A DNA stretch of 42,502 nt from an uncultured virus (IMG/VR IMGVR_UViG_2522572172_000008). Taxonomy: Duplodnaviria; Heunggongvirae; Uroviricota; Caudoviricetes. Under the pieces are notes generated by a model. It was not told the origin of the DNA. It made no database searches and worked only from the letters and a program-made list of their open reading frames with translations. This document shows, in pieces, positions 9,829-20,103 of the stretch. The translations under genes were made by a program, and so were the position numbers. Each line of letters begins with the position of its first letter. The first letter of the stretch is position 1. The stretch lies in IMG/VR virus record IMGVR_UViG_2522572172_000008. One strand, 5' to 3'.

Positions 9829-11976
9829 TTACCTTGTAATTTCTCTTTTTAAAACTCTTGTTAATTCTTTGTTAATATCTGATGGGTCACAAGAAATTAC
9901 CGATTTTTGATACATATCATTATATACATCTATCGTTTCTTCTCTATGTCTTTTGCTTCCGAAACAAATAGATACAACCTTTATGCCATTTTTCCTCGCT
10001 TCTTTCACAGCATCTTTTACATCTGCTTGTCCTAACTTTTGCGATGGGTAAGCAGATGGTAGACCATCTGAAAGAATCACTAATAAACGATTTCTTTCTG
10101 GACGTTGTAGTAACTCCTTAATAGCGATACGAATAGAAAATCCATCCATATTTCCACCATTCGCTTCGAAATACGCATTCCATGATTCATTGAATTTACT
10201 ATCATTAGAAAACTCACTTACAGTTGTATGCATTACATTTCTTCCACTTGCTCGAAAGATAGTTGATTTAAAGGGAATAAAACCTTTTATTCCTTCTTCA
10301 ATTACTGCACAAGCCTTTTGAGAACAAGATACTTTATTATTGTTCTCATCCACCCTATCCATCATAGAACCTGAACCATCAACTAACATGTATGCTACAT
10401 AGTCCGTTGTTTGTGGTTGTCCTTTTTTCAAGAATACATTGTAATCTTTTGTCCCCACTTTCCAAATCGAAGACGTATCAAGTATTCCTTTTCTTCTATG
10501 TCTGGAATCATATGTTTTTTTATTTTTAAATATTTCCTCTATTTCTTTTCTAAATCGTTTTCCATCTCTTTTTATATCTTCCGTTAACTCTCTCTTTCTC
10601 TTTGTGATGGGAGATATAGTAAGTGTTGGCTTTTGTTTTCCGTATTTATTATCACTATATGCCTCCTGTACATCATTTACTTCTTTTTTTGTCACATCTT
10701 TATCTATCTTAGCCTTTTTCTTAGATTCTTCCTTTTGCTTATCCTCTTCCTTTTTTGCATTTTTTAAAGCAAACTCAGCATCTTTCATTGCATCTTTTCG
10801 TACATTTTCAATAATATTTTCTACAATACTATCATCTGAAATTGAATTTGATTTAGATTCATCTTCATTTGAATCTTCTGTAGAATCATCTTGTTTGCTT
10901 GTATTGTTTACATCGGATTCCTCTTCTGTTCCTTCTTGTGTTTCTTGTGTTTCTTCATTTTTAGCAGAATCTTCACCTTCCGTTGAATCCTCATTACTTT
11001 CACTTGTTGAGTTAGCTTCACCTGAACGCTCTTCTTGTTTTGGTTCGCCTTCCTCTCCCTTCATGTCACCTAAAATACCATTACCATCCCCCTCATTTTG
11101 TTCCTGTTCTTGAGAAGAATCATCCTTATTTTCTTCCTCGGATTTAAAATGAACTGAAATTGCGTTTCCTGGATTTTCAGATGATGTTGTATCAGGATTT
11201 TCACAAGTATATTGTGTGTAATCTGACATGTCATCTACAGACATTTGATTTGCTTCATCCTTTAACAATTCTGCAAGATAAGGAGCTGTGATTTCAATAA
11301 TTCTCATGCACCTATTTGCACAACCTTGTGCCGTAGATTCATTGATGCCTTTAATCGTCATTGTTTTTATCTTATTTAATTCTTTTTCCATTCTTGTATT
11401 TTTATAATGTACCTCAAAATCTTTTGGGAATAGACCTGTTACAGAATAGCTTGTAATGGAATATAAAAAATCTTGTAATTCATTTTCTTTTCTTATAGGC
11501 TGTTCTTTCCAAAGAGTAGCATTTAAGAATTGAATATGTTTTTTATATCCTTTTTTTCTATTACACAGGCGTTTTTCGATACGACCATCCTCTACCGAGT
11601 TTAGTACATGTTTCGCAATTTTCATCCCATGATTTTGATGGATTTGAAATTTTTCATTTAAATACTCAGAACCATCTTTTAAGAACATTTTTAGAACCCT
11701 GTAGTCAGAGGATTTTATATGCTCTGCTTCATGTCCTGTTAGAGCCTTTAATGCTGAAAAAATCTCTTCATATGAAAATGATTTCTCTACAAAAATTTCA
11801 GGAAGTCCCACCACGATTTTCTTAAAATCGGTATAACTACTTCCTCCAACATTTAAACTAAATGGAATGTCCGTTCTTCCTAATAAATTGAAAATAACCA
11901 TGTTGAGTTGATTATAAATGGATTTTCTGTTAAAATAATCTATGATGTTTTTTGTTTTGCTACTATGTTGTATCAT
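9829..11976 (-). CDS. vWA-domain protein (CobT/NorD-like layout) with N-terminal HExxH region and acidic linker
   Basis: GHEAEH and VEDGRIE in the N-terminus, a long E/D/S-rich linker, then MIDAS LVDGSGSM, GGNMDG and VILSDGLP. Confidence 0.85.
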   Translation of the reverse strand: MIQHSSKTKNIIDYFNRKSIYNQLNMVIFNLLGRTDIPFSLNVGGSSYTDFKKIVVGLPEIFVEKSFSYEEIFSALKALTGHEAEHIKSSDYRVLKMFLKDGSEYLNEKFQIHQNHGMKIAKHVLNSVEDGRIEKRLCNRKKGYKKHIQFLNATLWKEQPIRKENELQDFLYSITSYSVTGLFPKDFEVHYKNTRMEKELNKIKTMTIKGINESTAQGCANRCMRIIEITAPYLAELLKDEANQMSVDDMSDYTQYTCENPDTTSSENPGNAISVHFKSEEENKDDSSQEQEQNEGDGNGILGDMKGEEGEPKQEERSGEANSTSESNEDSTEGEDSAKNEETQETQEGTEEESDVNNTSKQDDSTEDSNEDESKSNSISDDSIVENIIENVRKDAMKDAEFALKNAKKEEDKQKEESKKKAKIDKDVTKKEVNDVQEAYSDNKYGKQKPTLTISPITKRKRELTEDIKRDGKRFRKEIEEIFKNKKTYDSRHRRKGILDTSSIWKVGTKDYNVFLKKGQPQTTDYVAYMLVDGSGSMMDRVDENNNKVSCSQKACAVIEEGIKGFIPFKSTIFRASGRNVMHTTVSEFSNDSKFNESWNAYFEANGGNMDGFSIRIAIKELLQRPERNRLLVILSDGLPSAYPSQKLGQADVKDAVKEARKNGIKVVSICFGSKRHREETIDVYNDMYQKSVISCDPSDINKELTRVLKREITR

Positions 11977-12055
11977 AACGAAAAATATCTCCTTTTTAAT
12001 TGATTTTTTGAATACCTGTTGAAGACGGAGTGACGGAAATCACTCCGTTTTCTTT

Positions 12056-13717
12056 TTATGCAAGTTCATTGTCAATTACATTCATCACGTAATTTCTATA
12101 GTCCTCATCTTCAATTCGGTTTGCTACATTATCAATAATCGCTTCTTTTAACCCTAAATCCTCTGCCACTTCTAATGCAGAGATAAATCCTCGAATCGTT
12201 AAACAATTTTTTGATATCTGACCGTTTTCTACCATTGCGAAAATGTTTTGATAAATCTTATCCGCATCTTGAATATCAATTAACTTTGCAGATGGAACAC
12301 GTACTCGTAAAGTTTCAATGATACTTTTATTAGATGGGAATAAAATCGGTGTAAATCTATCCATAGTCGCCTCGTTCAAAGGATTGGTTCCAATGTAATC
12401 TTTATTCATTGTTAGCATGACGCCAAAATTTTGCCCTGCTTCTACCCAACCATATCCAGGCACTTGCATAGCTCCACGGTCATCAACTGCTGAGTGAATT
12501 TGTACTAACACCGATGGGTCAACAGTATTCACCTCATCTAAGTTTATAAAAGCTCCAATTTCCATTGCTTCTACAAATGCTTCTTTCTCAAAAATTACAT
12601 TTGAAAATGGTTTTCCGTCTTCAGTTGTTCCTTGTTCAAAAGACTTAGAACCAAGCAAATCCATCTTATCGAATTGGCTATTTAAAGACACTTCAAATAA
12701 TGGTCTTTGATAAATCCAAGCTAAAGTTCGAACAAACACGTTCTTTCCTGTACCTTTTTCTCCCTCTAAACGTAAATGTTTTCCTTTATTCGTATACACA
12801 ACAGATTTTTTCACTGCTCCAAATGTATCTTTAAATAAAGTCTCAGGTTTTTTAGGAATACGGTTTGCCACATCTTCTTCATACTTTCTATATGTTTCAA
12901 AAGTAAGAATGATATGTTTTTCAGAAACATCATTACTTCGAAGATATGATTCAATTGCTTCTAACTCCTCTTTTTCAATTCCTACTTTATTAATCACTTC
13001 TTCTTTTACATCTTGTAATGTATTTACATCATCTATTTCAGCTACTTGATTAAAAATAGACTCATCAATTTTAAAAGAAACTGTATACGTAGTTGGTTTG
13101 ATATCTATTACTTTACCCACTACTTCATTTAACACTTGTAACCCTTTCTTTAAAGATTGAACTGATTCATCATTACTACTCAGGTTTACTTCACCTGCGG
13201 GCTCACCTTGAAATAACGTAGTGATTTTATCTGTCTCTTTTTTAAATGAAACTAACGTTGTATCACCTTGTTGAAAAGCTTTTATCACTTTTGTTTTCCC
13301 TGTATATTGTCTAAGGCTTCCTTTCACAATTACCTCACGTTCCAATATTTTAACAGAATGACTCATATCTTTATCTACAACTCCTTCTTCATTCTCCTCA
13401 TCTATCATCACACCTATTGTTAAACCAATCTTTTTTATCCCATTACTTAAGTCAAAAGATGGGTGAAATTCTATCGTTCCTTCTATACTGTCATTAGTCA
13501 TTTTAGCATGTAACTCTTTACTTGATATGCCTGTATGTAATGAAAGAATATTTCCTGATACGTGACCTAATTTATTACCTCTTGAATCTACACATTTTAC
13601 CGCTAATTTATCTATTGGATGATTCGGGTCTTTTATCAATTCTACCTTTGTACCTACTCTAACATAATCCAAATTCTTTGCTCCTACCACTGCTACATGT
13701 ACCTTTTTCATTTTCAT
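12056..13717 (-). CDS. MoxR-clade (CbbQ/NorQ-like) AAA+ ATPase with N-terminal HIRAN-like domain
   Basis: Walker A GEKGTGKN, Walker B INLDEVN, TMNKDY and ATMDRF; the N-terminal ELIKDPNHPIDKLAVK...LGHV resembles HIRAN; adjacent to the vWA gene. Confidence 0.85.
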   Translation of the reverse strand: MKMKKVHVAVVGAKNLDYVRVGTKVELIKDPNHPIDKLAVKCVDSRGNKLGHVSGNILSLHTGISSKELHAKMTNDSIEGTIEFHPSFDLSNGIKKIGLTIGVMIDEENEEGVVDKDMSHSVKILEREVIVKGSLRQYTGKTKVIKAFQQGDTTLVSFKKETDKITTLFQGEPAGEVNLSSNDESVQSLKKGLQVLNEVVGKVIDIKPTTYTVSFKIDESIFNQVAEIDDVNTLQDVKEEVINKVGIEKEELEAIESYLRSNDVSEKHIILTFETYRKYEEDVANRIPKKPETLFKDTFGAVKKSVVYTNKGKHLRLEGEKGTGKNVFVRTLAWIYQRPLFEVSLNSQFDKMDLLGSKSFEQGTTEDGKPFSNVIFEKEAFVEAMEIGAFINLDEVNTVDPSVLVQIHSAVDDRGAMQVPGYGWVEAGQNFGVMLTMNKDYIGTNPLNEATMDRFTPILFPSNKSIIETLRVRVPSAKLIDIQDADKIYQNIFAMVENGQISKNCLTIRGFISALEVAEDLGLKEAIIDNVANRIEDEDYRNYVMNVIDNELA

Positions 13718-13847
13718 TCTCTCCTTTTTATACAATTTATAAAAATACCTGTTTCTTATAATCTCTTTATTATAGTAATATGAAACACTTTTTACTAAAG
13801 TTATGAAGGTAACTTTAATTTGAATTACAAAAGAGAAAGGCAGGATT

Positions 13848-15713
13848 TTACCCTACCTTTTTCTCCATATATTCACTTCCAAATGATGTTTTTTTCTCTA
13901 CTACAATACCTAAACGAGTCATCTTAGTTAATTCGTTAGCAATATCAACCATTGATACAATTCTTCCTGCTTTTTCGTTAATATCTTCATGAATTTTCGG
14001 AAGTTTCCCCATTTTAATAGGTAAAAACTCTTTTAATACTTTACTTAAATCATTCTTTTCCATATCCTCGATAAACATATGAAACTCGTCAAATGGGTCG
14101 AGCATATGTGGGGATTTTGTAAAGGTTGTACGGAATCGAACCGCAAATGTTTTAGGTAATGTTGCAGAGGAGATAAAACAATGACCTGATGGTAACTCTG
14201 GTAAACGTTTCATTTCATCTTCTGTCAAATTCGTTTCTTTTCGAACCATTTCCATATCGTCTGCTGTATTTAAACGATAGATAAATTTTGTATTCAACTG
14301 TGCCACAATTGTCGGGTCTAAAGCATCTGGTTTTTGTGTACAGAAAATCTCAAACACACCATATTTCCGAGCTTCTTGTGCAATCTTTTTCAATACCTTT
14401 TTCGTAGGTGAAGAATGACGTGGTGCAAAGTTATGTGCTTCATCGACAATAACAAAGAACATTGGGAAGAACTCAGGTCTTTCTCCACCATGTTCTTGAT
14501 AATCTTGATAGTTTCTACGTTTTTTATAGAGTTTTTTAAGAACATAGGAAGCTATCATTTGTTGACGTAACATATCTCCACGAATGACTGCAATTTTCCC
14601 TTGTTTCATAGCAGATTCTACACCATCAATATCGCCTACAAAAATATTTGTAGATTCTAAGGCATCCAATTTCCAAGATAATGCTTGTAAGGTTTTACTT
14701 CCTGAAACCCTATTTTTATTTCTTGTATAAAGTAACACTTGCTCATCTGTTAATTCATCTTCAGGTGATGTTTGTCTCCCATTTTTTACTTTCGGCTTTG
14801 GATTCTCATGCACCTCAAAAGCTATTTTTAAATTAATAACTTTGTTTTTTAAATGTGCTAACGTATCTCCTTTTTCATATAGAACTTCTAATGCACCTCG
14901 TTGTGGTTCTGTTAATTCTCCCACGAAATCAAATAAGCTCATAAGCTCATCCAATTTTAATTCATGAAAATTAATCCCCACATCTCTTCCAATATAAAAG
15001 ATTTGGTTTCTATCTTGAAAATCATGAACAAGATTACTATCTAAACCATCTAATCCATCCATTGGCTCCACAAAGTTCATTTCATTATGAGGGTCAAATG
15101 CTACACCTGGAATACGAATCTTTTGAATCTCCTCTTCAATTACTCGTAATCCATATGTTTTACCTGAACCAGATGTTCCAAACATACCTATATGAGGATA
15201 TTCTCGGAACTTACGATAATTCAATACAAAAGGTACCCCTTCTTGACGAACTGCTCCACCGTTTTTCCATAGAGGAGCAATATTTGTTAATTCTTGAGGT
15301 AGATTAGATTGCATTTCCTCTGTACCTGAGATAACACCTAAAGTTAGTGCATCTGATGGTTTTGCATGAATTAATATTTTCTTCATTTCTTCAAATGTAG
15401 TATCTCTCACAACTGCATTTGGGGTTACTGGTTTTGTTAATGTCTTCAAAACTTTCACTCTTGCAATATGAGTTTTTCTATCATTTACAATTTCTTTTGA
15501 TAATCCCTTTACAATATCCAATGCAAATCCTTCAGGCATAATAGACTCTGATAAAAATGGAACTGTAGTTGTATTTAAAACTTCAATAGGTAAATCCCCA
15601 TGTAATTCATCATTAATCATTAAATATTCATTTTGAATAAACGGCTTATCTTGTGAAACAACGTAAACTTCTCGTACTGTGGTTTTCCCCATTACAAATC
15701 CTCTATTTGCCAC
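13848..15713 (-). CDS. HerA-family (FtsK/HerA) ATPase
   Basis: N-terminal HAS-barrel-like region, HIGMFGTSGSGKT, FDPHNE, IVDEAHNFAP, EARKYG and TQKP. Confidence 0.88.
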   Translation of the reverse strand: MANRGFVMGKTTVREVYVVSQDKPFIQNEYLMINDELHGDLPIEVLNTTTVPFLSESIMPEGFALDIVKGLSKEIVNDRKTHIARVKVLKTLTKPVTPNAVVRDTTFEEMKKILIHAKPSDALTLGVISGTEEMQSNLPQELTNIAPLWKNGGAVRQEGVPFVLNYRKFREYPHIGMFGTSGSGKTYGLRVIEEEIQKIRIPGVAFDPHNEMNFVEPMDGLDGLDSNLVHDFQDRNQIFYIGRDVGINFHELKLDELMSLFDFVGELTEPQRGALEVLYEKGDTLAHLKNKVINLKIAFEVHENPKPKVKNGRQTSPEDELTDEQVLLYTRNKNRVSGSKTLQALSWKLDALESTNIFVGDIDGVESAMKQGKIAVIRGDMLRQQMIASYVLKKLYKKRRNYQDYQEHGGERPEFFPMFFVIVDEAHNFAPRHSSPTKKVLKKIAQEARKYGVFEIFCTQKPDALDPTIVAQLNTKFIYRLNTADDMEMVRKETNLTEDEMKRLPELPSGHCFISSATLPKTFAVRFRTTFTKSPHMLDPFDEFHMFIEDMEKNDLSKVLKEFLPIKMGKLPKIHEDINEKAGRIVSMVDIANELTKMTRLGIVVEKKTSFGSEYMEKKVG

Positions 15714-15789
15714 GTAAAAACCTCTCCTTTTCTATTTGTCGTGTCTTACTCTACTTTTAATTCTATTTTTCTTAAAGGAAGCAGGAAGA

Positions 15790-16440
15790 TTAATCTATCT
15801 TCTCTGCTATTGTTGTTCCGTTTTCATCTAACTCCATACGAAATACACTGTCAGACACAAGAGGCATATACGTATCCTCATGTGACACGAGGAATGTTTG
15901 CCTTCCTGTATAGTCAACTAACTCCCTAATAAGATGAGCTGTATTTTCTGATGGCTCTTTGGAAACATATTTTGTAGGCTCATCTAAGAAGAATCCTGCT
16001 TTATTATTGTCTCCTACAAGTAAATTGACTGATGCAAAAGTAGCTAATGAAACAATATCTGCTCTTCCCCCACCATCTTCTTGAGCAGGGTCTGTTTCCA
16101 CTACTTCATTTGGATACTGTGCTTTTACTAATACATCTGCAACTGGAACACCACGGGCACTATCTAACTGAATATCTACTGAAAGATTGTCACCCATAAC
16201 CATTTGCAAGGATGATGTGGCTGTTTGCGAAAGAATCTCTTTTCCGTTCTCTCTTGCTTCTTTTGATGCCCTTTCTAACAACTCTTTCATCATCGCATGA
16301 TGTTCTTGTTTCCCTTTTAAACTCTCTAAAAGACTTTCATTTTCTGCGAACTGTTTTTTATGTAAATTTAATGTACCTAAATCGGTATGATATTTGTCTT
16401 TCATATTACCCAATTCCTTGATAATGTCAGAATAATTCAT
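15790..16440 (-). CDS. C-terminal half of a split SbcC/Rad50-like ABC ATPase
   Basis: Short coiled coil, then signature-like DGGG, Walker B FFLDEP and H-loop LVSH; no Walker A. Confidence 0.75.
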   Translation of the reverse strand: MNYSDIIKELGNMKDKYHTDLGTLNLHKKQFAENESLLESLKGKQEHHAMMKELLERASKEARENGKEILSQTATSSLQMVMGDNLSVDIQLDSARGVPVADVLVKAQYPNEVVETDPAQEDGGGRADIVSLATFASVNLLVGDNNKAGFFLDEPTKYVSKEPSENTAHLIRELVDYTGRQTFLVSHEDTYMPLVSDSVFRMELDENGTTIAEKID

Positions 16441-16444
16441 GTCA

Positions 16445-16636
16445 TCAACTCCCTTTTGTTAAAAATACAAAATCTTTAAAATATGCTTCATCTATTGTTA
16501 TTGGTGGGATTTTTGTCTCTTTATCACATGCAGTACATATTGTTTTATTAGCGATTATCTGATAAGCCATCGAAGAAGAGTTGTCCTTGAAAAACGACAG
16601 TCCAAGCTTCCCCCCACATTCACATTTCGTAATCAT
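16445..16636 (-). CDS. Small zinc-ribbon protein
   Basis: CEC-G ... CTAC; start overlaps the stop of the upstream ORF. Confidence 0.6.
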   Translation of the reverse strand: MITKCECGGKLGLSFFKDNSSSMAYQIIANKTICTACDKETKIPPITIDEAYFKDFVFLTKGS

Positions 16637-17229
16637 ACTGATACTGGATATTTTTCTTTTATATATTTAATCACCTTACTTGCATCTACTTCTTCAAAAT
16701 CGGAATCTATATCAGGTAAATATGCTTCTTTACCACCATGTGAGTTTTCATCTGAAGGAATTACACTCGGTACATTATCTAAACTTTCCACATATACAAC
16801 ATTTTTCATTAAATTTAACCATGTCTCTATGCCATTCGAATTCACGAGTATTGCATGATTTCGAATCATATTTCGGTTATCTTTCGTTTCTGACCATACT
16901 TCCCCATCTCTTGAAATAAAACCACTTTTTACAAGTTGACCTGTGTAGTTACAATTTAATTTTGCTATAAATTTGCCAGACACATCTTTAAACCAAATAC
17001 GAATTCTTTCATCCTTCTTAAAACCTTTTACCATGTTATACAACTGTTTATAGTTGTGGATGATAATCCAATTCTCTATCAATTCTTTTACTGACATACC
17101 TAATGTTTTGCAACGTGTATACTCACCGTTTTTAAATGTTTTATAATGAACACTGTATCCGAAACTTGAAGGAGTTAAATGCCCTACAACATCACTGTTT
17201 CTATTTTTTGCATATACCATATTCACCAC
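16633..17229 (-). CDS. Hypothetical protein
   Basis: 198-aa ORF with GGAG RBS; palindromic site at 17242-17255 just upstream. Confidence 0.7.
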   Translation of the reverse strand: MVNMVYAKNRNSDVVGHLTPSSFGYSVHYKTFKNGEYTRCKTLGMSVKELIENWIIIHNYKQLYNMVKGFKKDERIRIWFKDVSGKFIAKLNCNYTGQLVKSGFISRDGEVWSETKDNRNMIRNHAILVNSNGIETWLNLMKNVVYVESLDNVPSVIPSDENSHGGKEAYLPDIDSDFEEVDASKVIKYIKEKYPVSV

Positions 17230-17291
17230 TCCATTTTATTATTGACTATAGTATATAACATATATACTTTTAAGTAAAATATTTTTTATAT

Positions 17292-17320
17292 AAAAAGGAG
17301 CTCTTTTTTGAGCTCCCTTT
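17292..17320 (-). terminator. Intrinsic terminator after secA
   Basis: GGAGCTC-loop-GAGCTCC stem with a U-run on the minus strand. Confidence 0.7.
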
Positions 17321-17326
17321 CCTTAT

Positions 17327-19723
17327 TTATGCTACTTCTCTTACATCTACAGTCGTTTCTTCCTCTACAAAGCGAATTCTCATAAGAGCTTGTACCATTT
17401 CAACTTGGATTCCCCCTCCTAATTCATTGAATAATTTACTACTTGCAAACAAGAATTCTTCTATTGGTTTCTTCTGATTGTACACTGCTAATTTAACATC
17501 TTGTTTTAAATCAGTTAAAGAATCAATATGATGAATCCAATTTTTATCCACGATTTCTAATAGAATTTGCTTCATTTGTTCTTGAATTTCATTTTGAACA
17601 ACAAGCTCTTTTTTCACTTCAAAGGCATCCATACAATTCTGTAATATAGATTCTTTAATTTCTTCAATATCCTTCTGTAATGCACCATCCACATTGACTA
17701 CACCAACCATTGAATACTTCATTTCTAAAGTACGTTTCATTTCTTCCAATGCAGGTTGTAAATCTTCATCTTGTCCAAATTCTTCATACTTGTGGAGTTT
17801 TTCAGCAATTACTGATTCAAAGGCATCTCTGGCCATACTTTCTAACTGTCCTACGATATCAAAGCTTGGTTCTAATACATCGTCCCTTTGTTGATAAATG
17901 ACTTTTCGTTGTTCGTTAATAATAGAATCGTATTTCATCGTTTCCTTACGAGCATCATAATGCATTGCTTCTAAATTTCGTTGGCACTTACCAATCGCTT
18001 TTGTAAGGAATTTATTTTCCACTGCATCATTATCATCTTTAGGCATAAGTGAAATCATTTCCTTAATTTTATCTGATGCAAATACTCGCATTAAATCATC
18101 TTCAAAAGAAACATAGAAACGACTAATCCCTTTATCACCCTGACGACCAGAACGACCTCTTAACTGGTTATCAATTCGTCTATTATCATGACGTTCAGAA
18201 CCAATAACTTTTAAGCCACCAACCTCTGTAACGCCTTCACCTAACTTAATATCTGTACCACGACCTGCCATGTTAGTAGCAATTGTAACTGCTCCTTTTT
18301 GTCCTGCATTCATAATGATTTCAGCTTCAATATCATGAAACTTTGCATTTAAAACTTGATGAGGGATTCCCTCTTTTGTTAATAAGTCTGATAACTCCTC
18401 TGATTTTTCAATTGTCGAAGTACCAACTAATACAGGCTGTCCCTTTGCGTGTGATTTTTTAATATCTTCCACAATAGCAATAAATTTTGCTTTCTCTGTA
18501 AAATACAACTTATCTTGCTTATCTTTTCGTTGCACAGGCTGATTTGTAGGAATGACAACAACCTCTAAACCATATGTTTCACGAAATTCAACTTCTTCCG
18601 TTTCTGCTGTACCTGTCATACCTGATAATCGCTTATATAGTAAAAAGAAGTTTTGATAGGTAATAGAAGCTAATGTCTTATTTTCTTCTTGAATTCGAAC
18701 ACCTTCTTTTGCTTCCATCGCTTGGTGTAATCCATTCGAATATCGTCTTCCTTCTGACACACGTCCTGTATGCTCATCAATAATAAAGACCTCTCCATCT
18801 TTCACTAAGTAATCTTTATCTCTTTTAAAGAAGTAGTGAGCTTGTAGCGATTGGTCTACATGATGACGAATTGTAGTATTCTCTAAATCCGCATAGTTTT
18901 TCATACGGAACATCTTTTCTGCTTTTTCCATACCGCTATCAGTCAACATAACAACTCGAATCTTTTCATCTACTGTATAGTCATCCTCATGTAAAGAACG
19001 GACAAACATATCTACAATTGCATACCATTGAGAAGGTTCTTCGCCTGGTCCTGAAATAATAAGCGGTGTACGTGCTTCATCTAATAGAATGCTATCCACT
19101 TCATCGACAATACAGAAATGTAGAGGTCTTTGCATCTTATCTACTTTTCTCTTCACCATATTGTCTCGTAAATAATCAAATCCAAGTTCTGAATTGGTAA
19201 TATAGGTAATGTCTGAATGGTAAGCTTCTCGCTTTTCTTCCATTGTTAACTCACCTGTAATTACAGAACTACTTAGTTGTAAGAAATCATATAGTGGCTT
19301 CATAATACCTAAATCTCGTGTTGCTAAGTAATCATTTACTGTTACAACATGTACTCCTTCACCACTAAGAGCATTCAAATAAACAGGTAGTGTGGCAACC
19401 AATGTTTTTCCTTCACCTGTCTTCATTTCTGCTACATTTCCTTCATGTAAGATAATGCCACCGATTAATTGAACCTCGTAATGCCTCATTCCTAATACTC
19501 GACTGGAAGCCTCACGACATACAGCGAATGCTTCTGCCAATAGGTCATCAACCGTTTCTCCCTTTTGTAAACGTTTTTTAAATTCTGCTGTTTTTCCTTG
19601 CAATTCTTCATCTGACAAGGATTTCATTTCATCTTCTAATGCCACAATACTTTTGACTTGCTTTGTTACTCTCTTCACTTTACGTTCAGAATTCGTTCCG
19701 ATTATTTTATATAAAAGATTCAT
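17327..19723 (-). CDS. secA: Preprotein translocase SecA paralog lacking the C-terminal Zn-binding tail
   Basis: AEMKTGEGKTL, VVTVNDYLA, VDEVDSILLDEARTPLIISG, TNMAGRGTDI and QLRGRSGRQGD; ends at 798 aa with no CPCGSG. Confidence 0.95.
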   Translation of the reverse strand: MNLLYKIIGTNSERKVKRVTKQVKSIVALEDEMKSLSDEELQGKTAEFKKRLQKGETVDDLLAEAFAVCREASSRVLGMRHYEVQLIGGIILHEGNVAEMKTGEGKTLVATLPVYLNALSGEGVHVVTVNDYLATRDLGIMKPLYDFLQLSSSVITGELTMEEKREAYHSDITYITNSELGFDYLRDNMVKRKVDKMQRPLHFCIVDEVDSILLDEARTPLIISGPGEEPSQWYAIVDMFVRSLHEDDYTVDEKIRVVMLTDSGMEKAEKMFRMKNYADLENTTIRHHVDQSLQAHYFFKRDKDYLVKDGEVFIIDEHTGRVSEGRRYSNGLHQAMEAKEGVRIQEENKTLASITYQNFFLLYKRLSGMTGTAETEEVEFRETYGLEVVVIPTNQPVQRKDKQDKLYFTEKAKFIAIVEDIKKSHAKGQPVLVGTSTIEKSEELSDLLTKEGIPHQVLNAKFHDIEAEIIMNAGQKGAVTIATNMAGRGTDIKLGEGVTEVGGLKVIGSERHDNRRIDNQLRGRSGRQGDKGISRFYVSFEDDLMRVFASDKIKEMISLMPKDDNDAVENKFLTKAIGKCQRNLEAMHYDARKETMKYDSIINEQRKVIYQQRDDVLEPSFDIVGQLESMARDAFESVIAEKLHKYEEFGQDEDLQPALEEMKRTLEMKYSMVGVVNVDGALQKDIEEIKESILQNCMDAFEVKKELVVQNEIQEQMKQILLEIVDKNWIHHIDSLTDLKQDVKLAVYNQKKPIEEFLFASSKLFNELGGGIQVEMVQALMRIRFVEEETTVDVREVA

Positions 19724-19773
19724 TTTATCCGCTCCTAACTATGTTCTTTATTCCTTTATAGTACCACCTTCAA

Positions 19774-19842
19774 TAAACTATAGTCAATTGATGTATTATT
19801 TTAAGTAAAAAATATTTTACATTATTCGTTGACTATAGTAAA
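19774..19842. promoter_or_regulatory. Two palindromic operator-like sites in the divergent secA promoter region
   Basis: TAAACTATAGTCAA (19774-19787; its minus-strand TTGACT fits a -35 with TG-N-TACTAT 18 nt downstream) and TTGACTATAGTAAA (19829-19842). Confidence 0.65.
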
Positions 19843-19881
19843 ATCTAATTATAAATAATAATGAAGGAAGTGCAATACATA

Positions 19882-20091
19882 ATGAGACCTCGAAAGTTCG
19901 AATACTTATTCAGTATTAAGGTTTTTTATAGAGACAAGACTGAAGATTTGAATGTAACAGTACACAATAGGAAAAAGATGAGTGATGAAAAAGATTTTTA
20001 CAAAATCGCAGAAATGATAACTAAAGACCTTAATGCAGATAAAGTAGTAATAATTGGATGGAAATTCCTAAGAGCAAAACGTGCTTTATAA
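19882..20091 (+). CDS. Hypothetical protein
   Basis: AAGGAAG RBS; first gene of a tight plus-strand cluster of small genes. Confidence 0.6.
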   Translation: MRPRKFEYLFSIKVFYRDKTEDLNVTVHNRKKMSDEKDFYKIAEMITKDLNADKVVIIGWKFLRAKRAL

Positions 20092-20103
20092 AGGTGAACA
20101 GCC

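Noticed and set aside
10604..11113. 169-aa Ser-rich plus-strand ORF and other antisense ORFs (e.g. 20520-21035, 31412-31675, 39703-40056, 40150-40755)
   Set aside because: Shadow frames of well-supported genes on the opposite strand
13848..15713. HerA as the VirD4 coupling protein or as part of a Sir2-HerA/DUF4297 defence system
   Set aside because: It has no N-terminal TM anchor, has a HAS-barrel-like start, and its neighbour is a Rad50-like half rather than an effector
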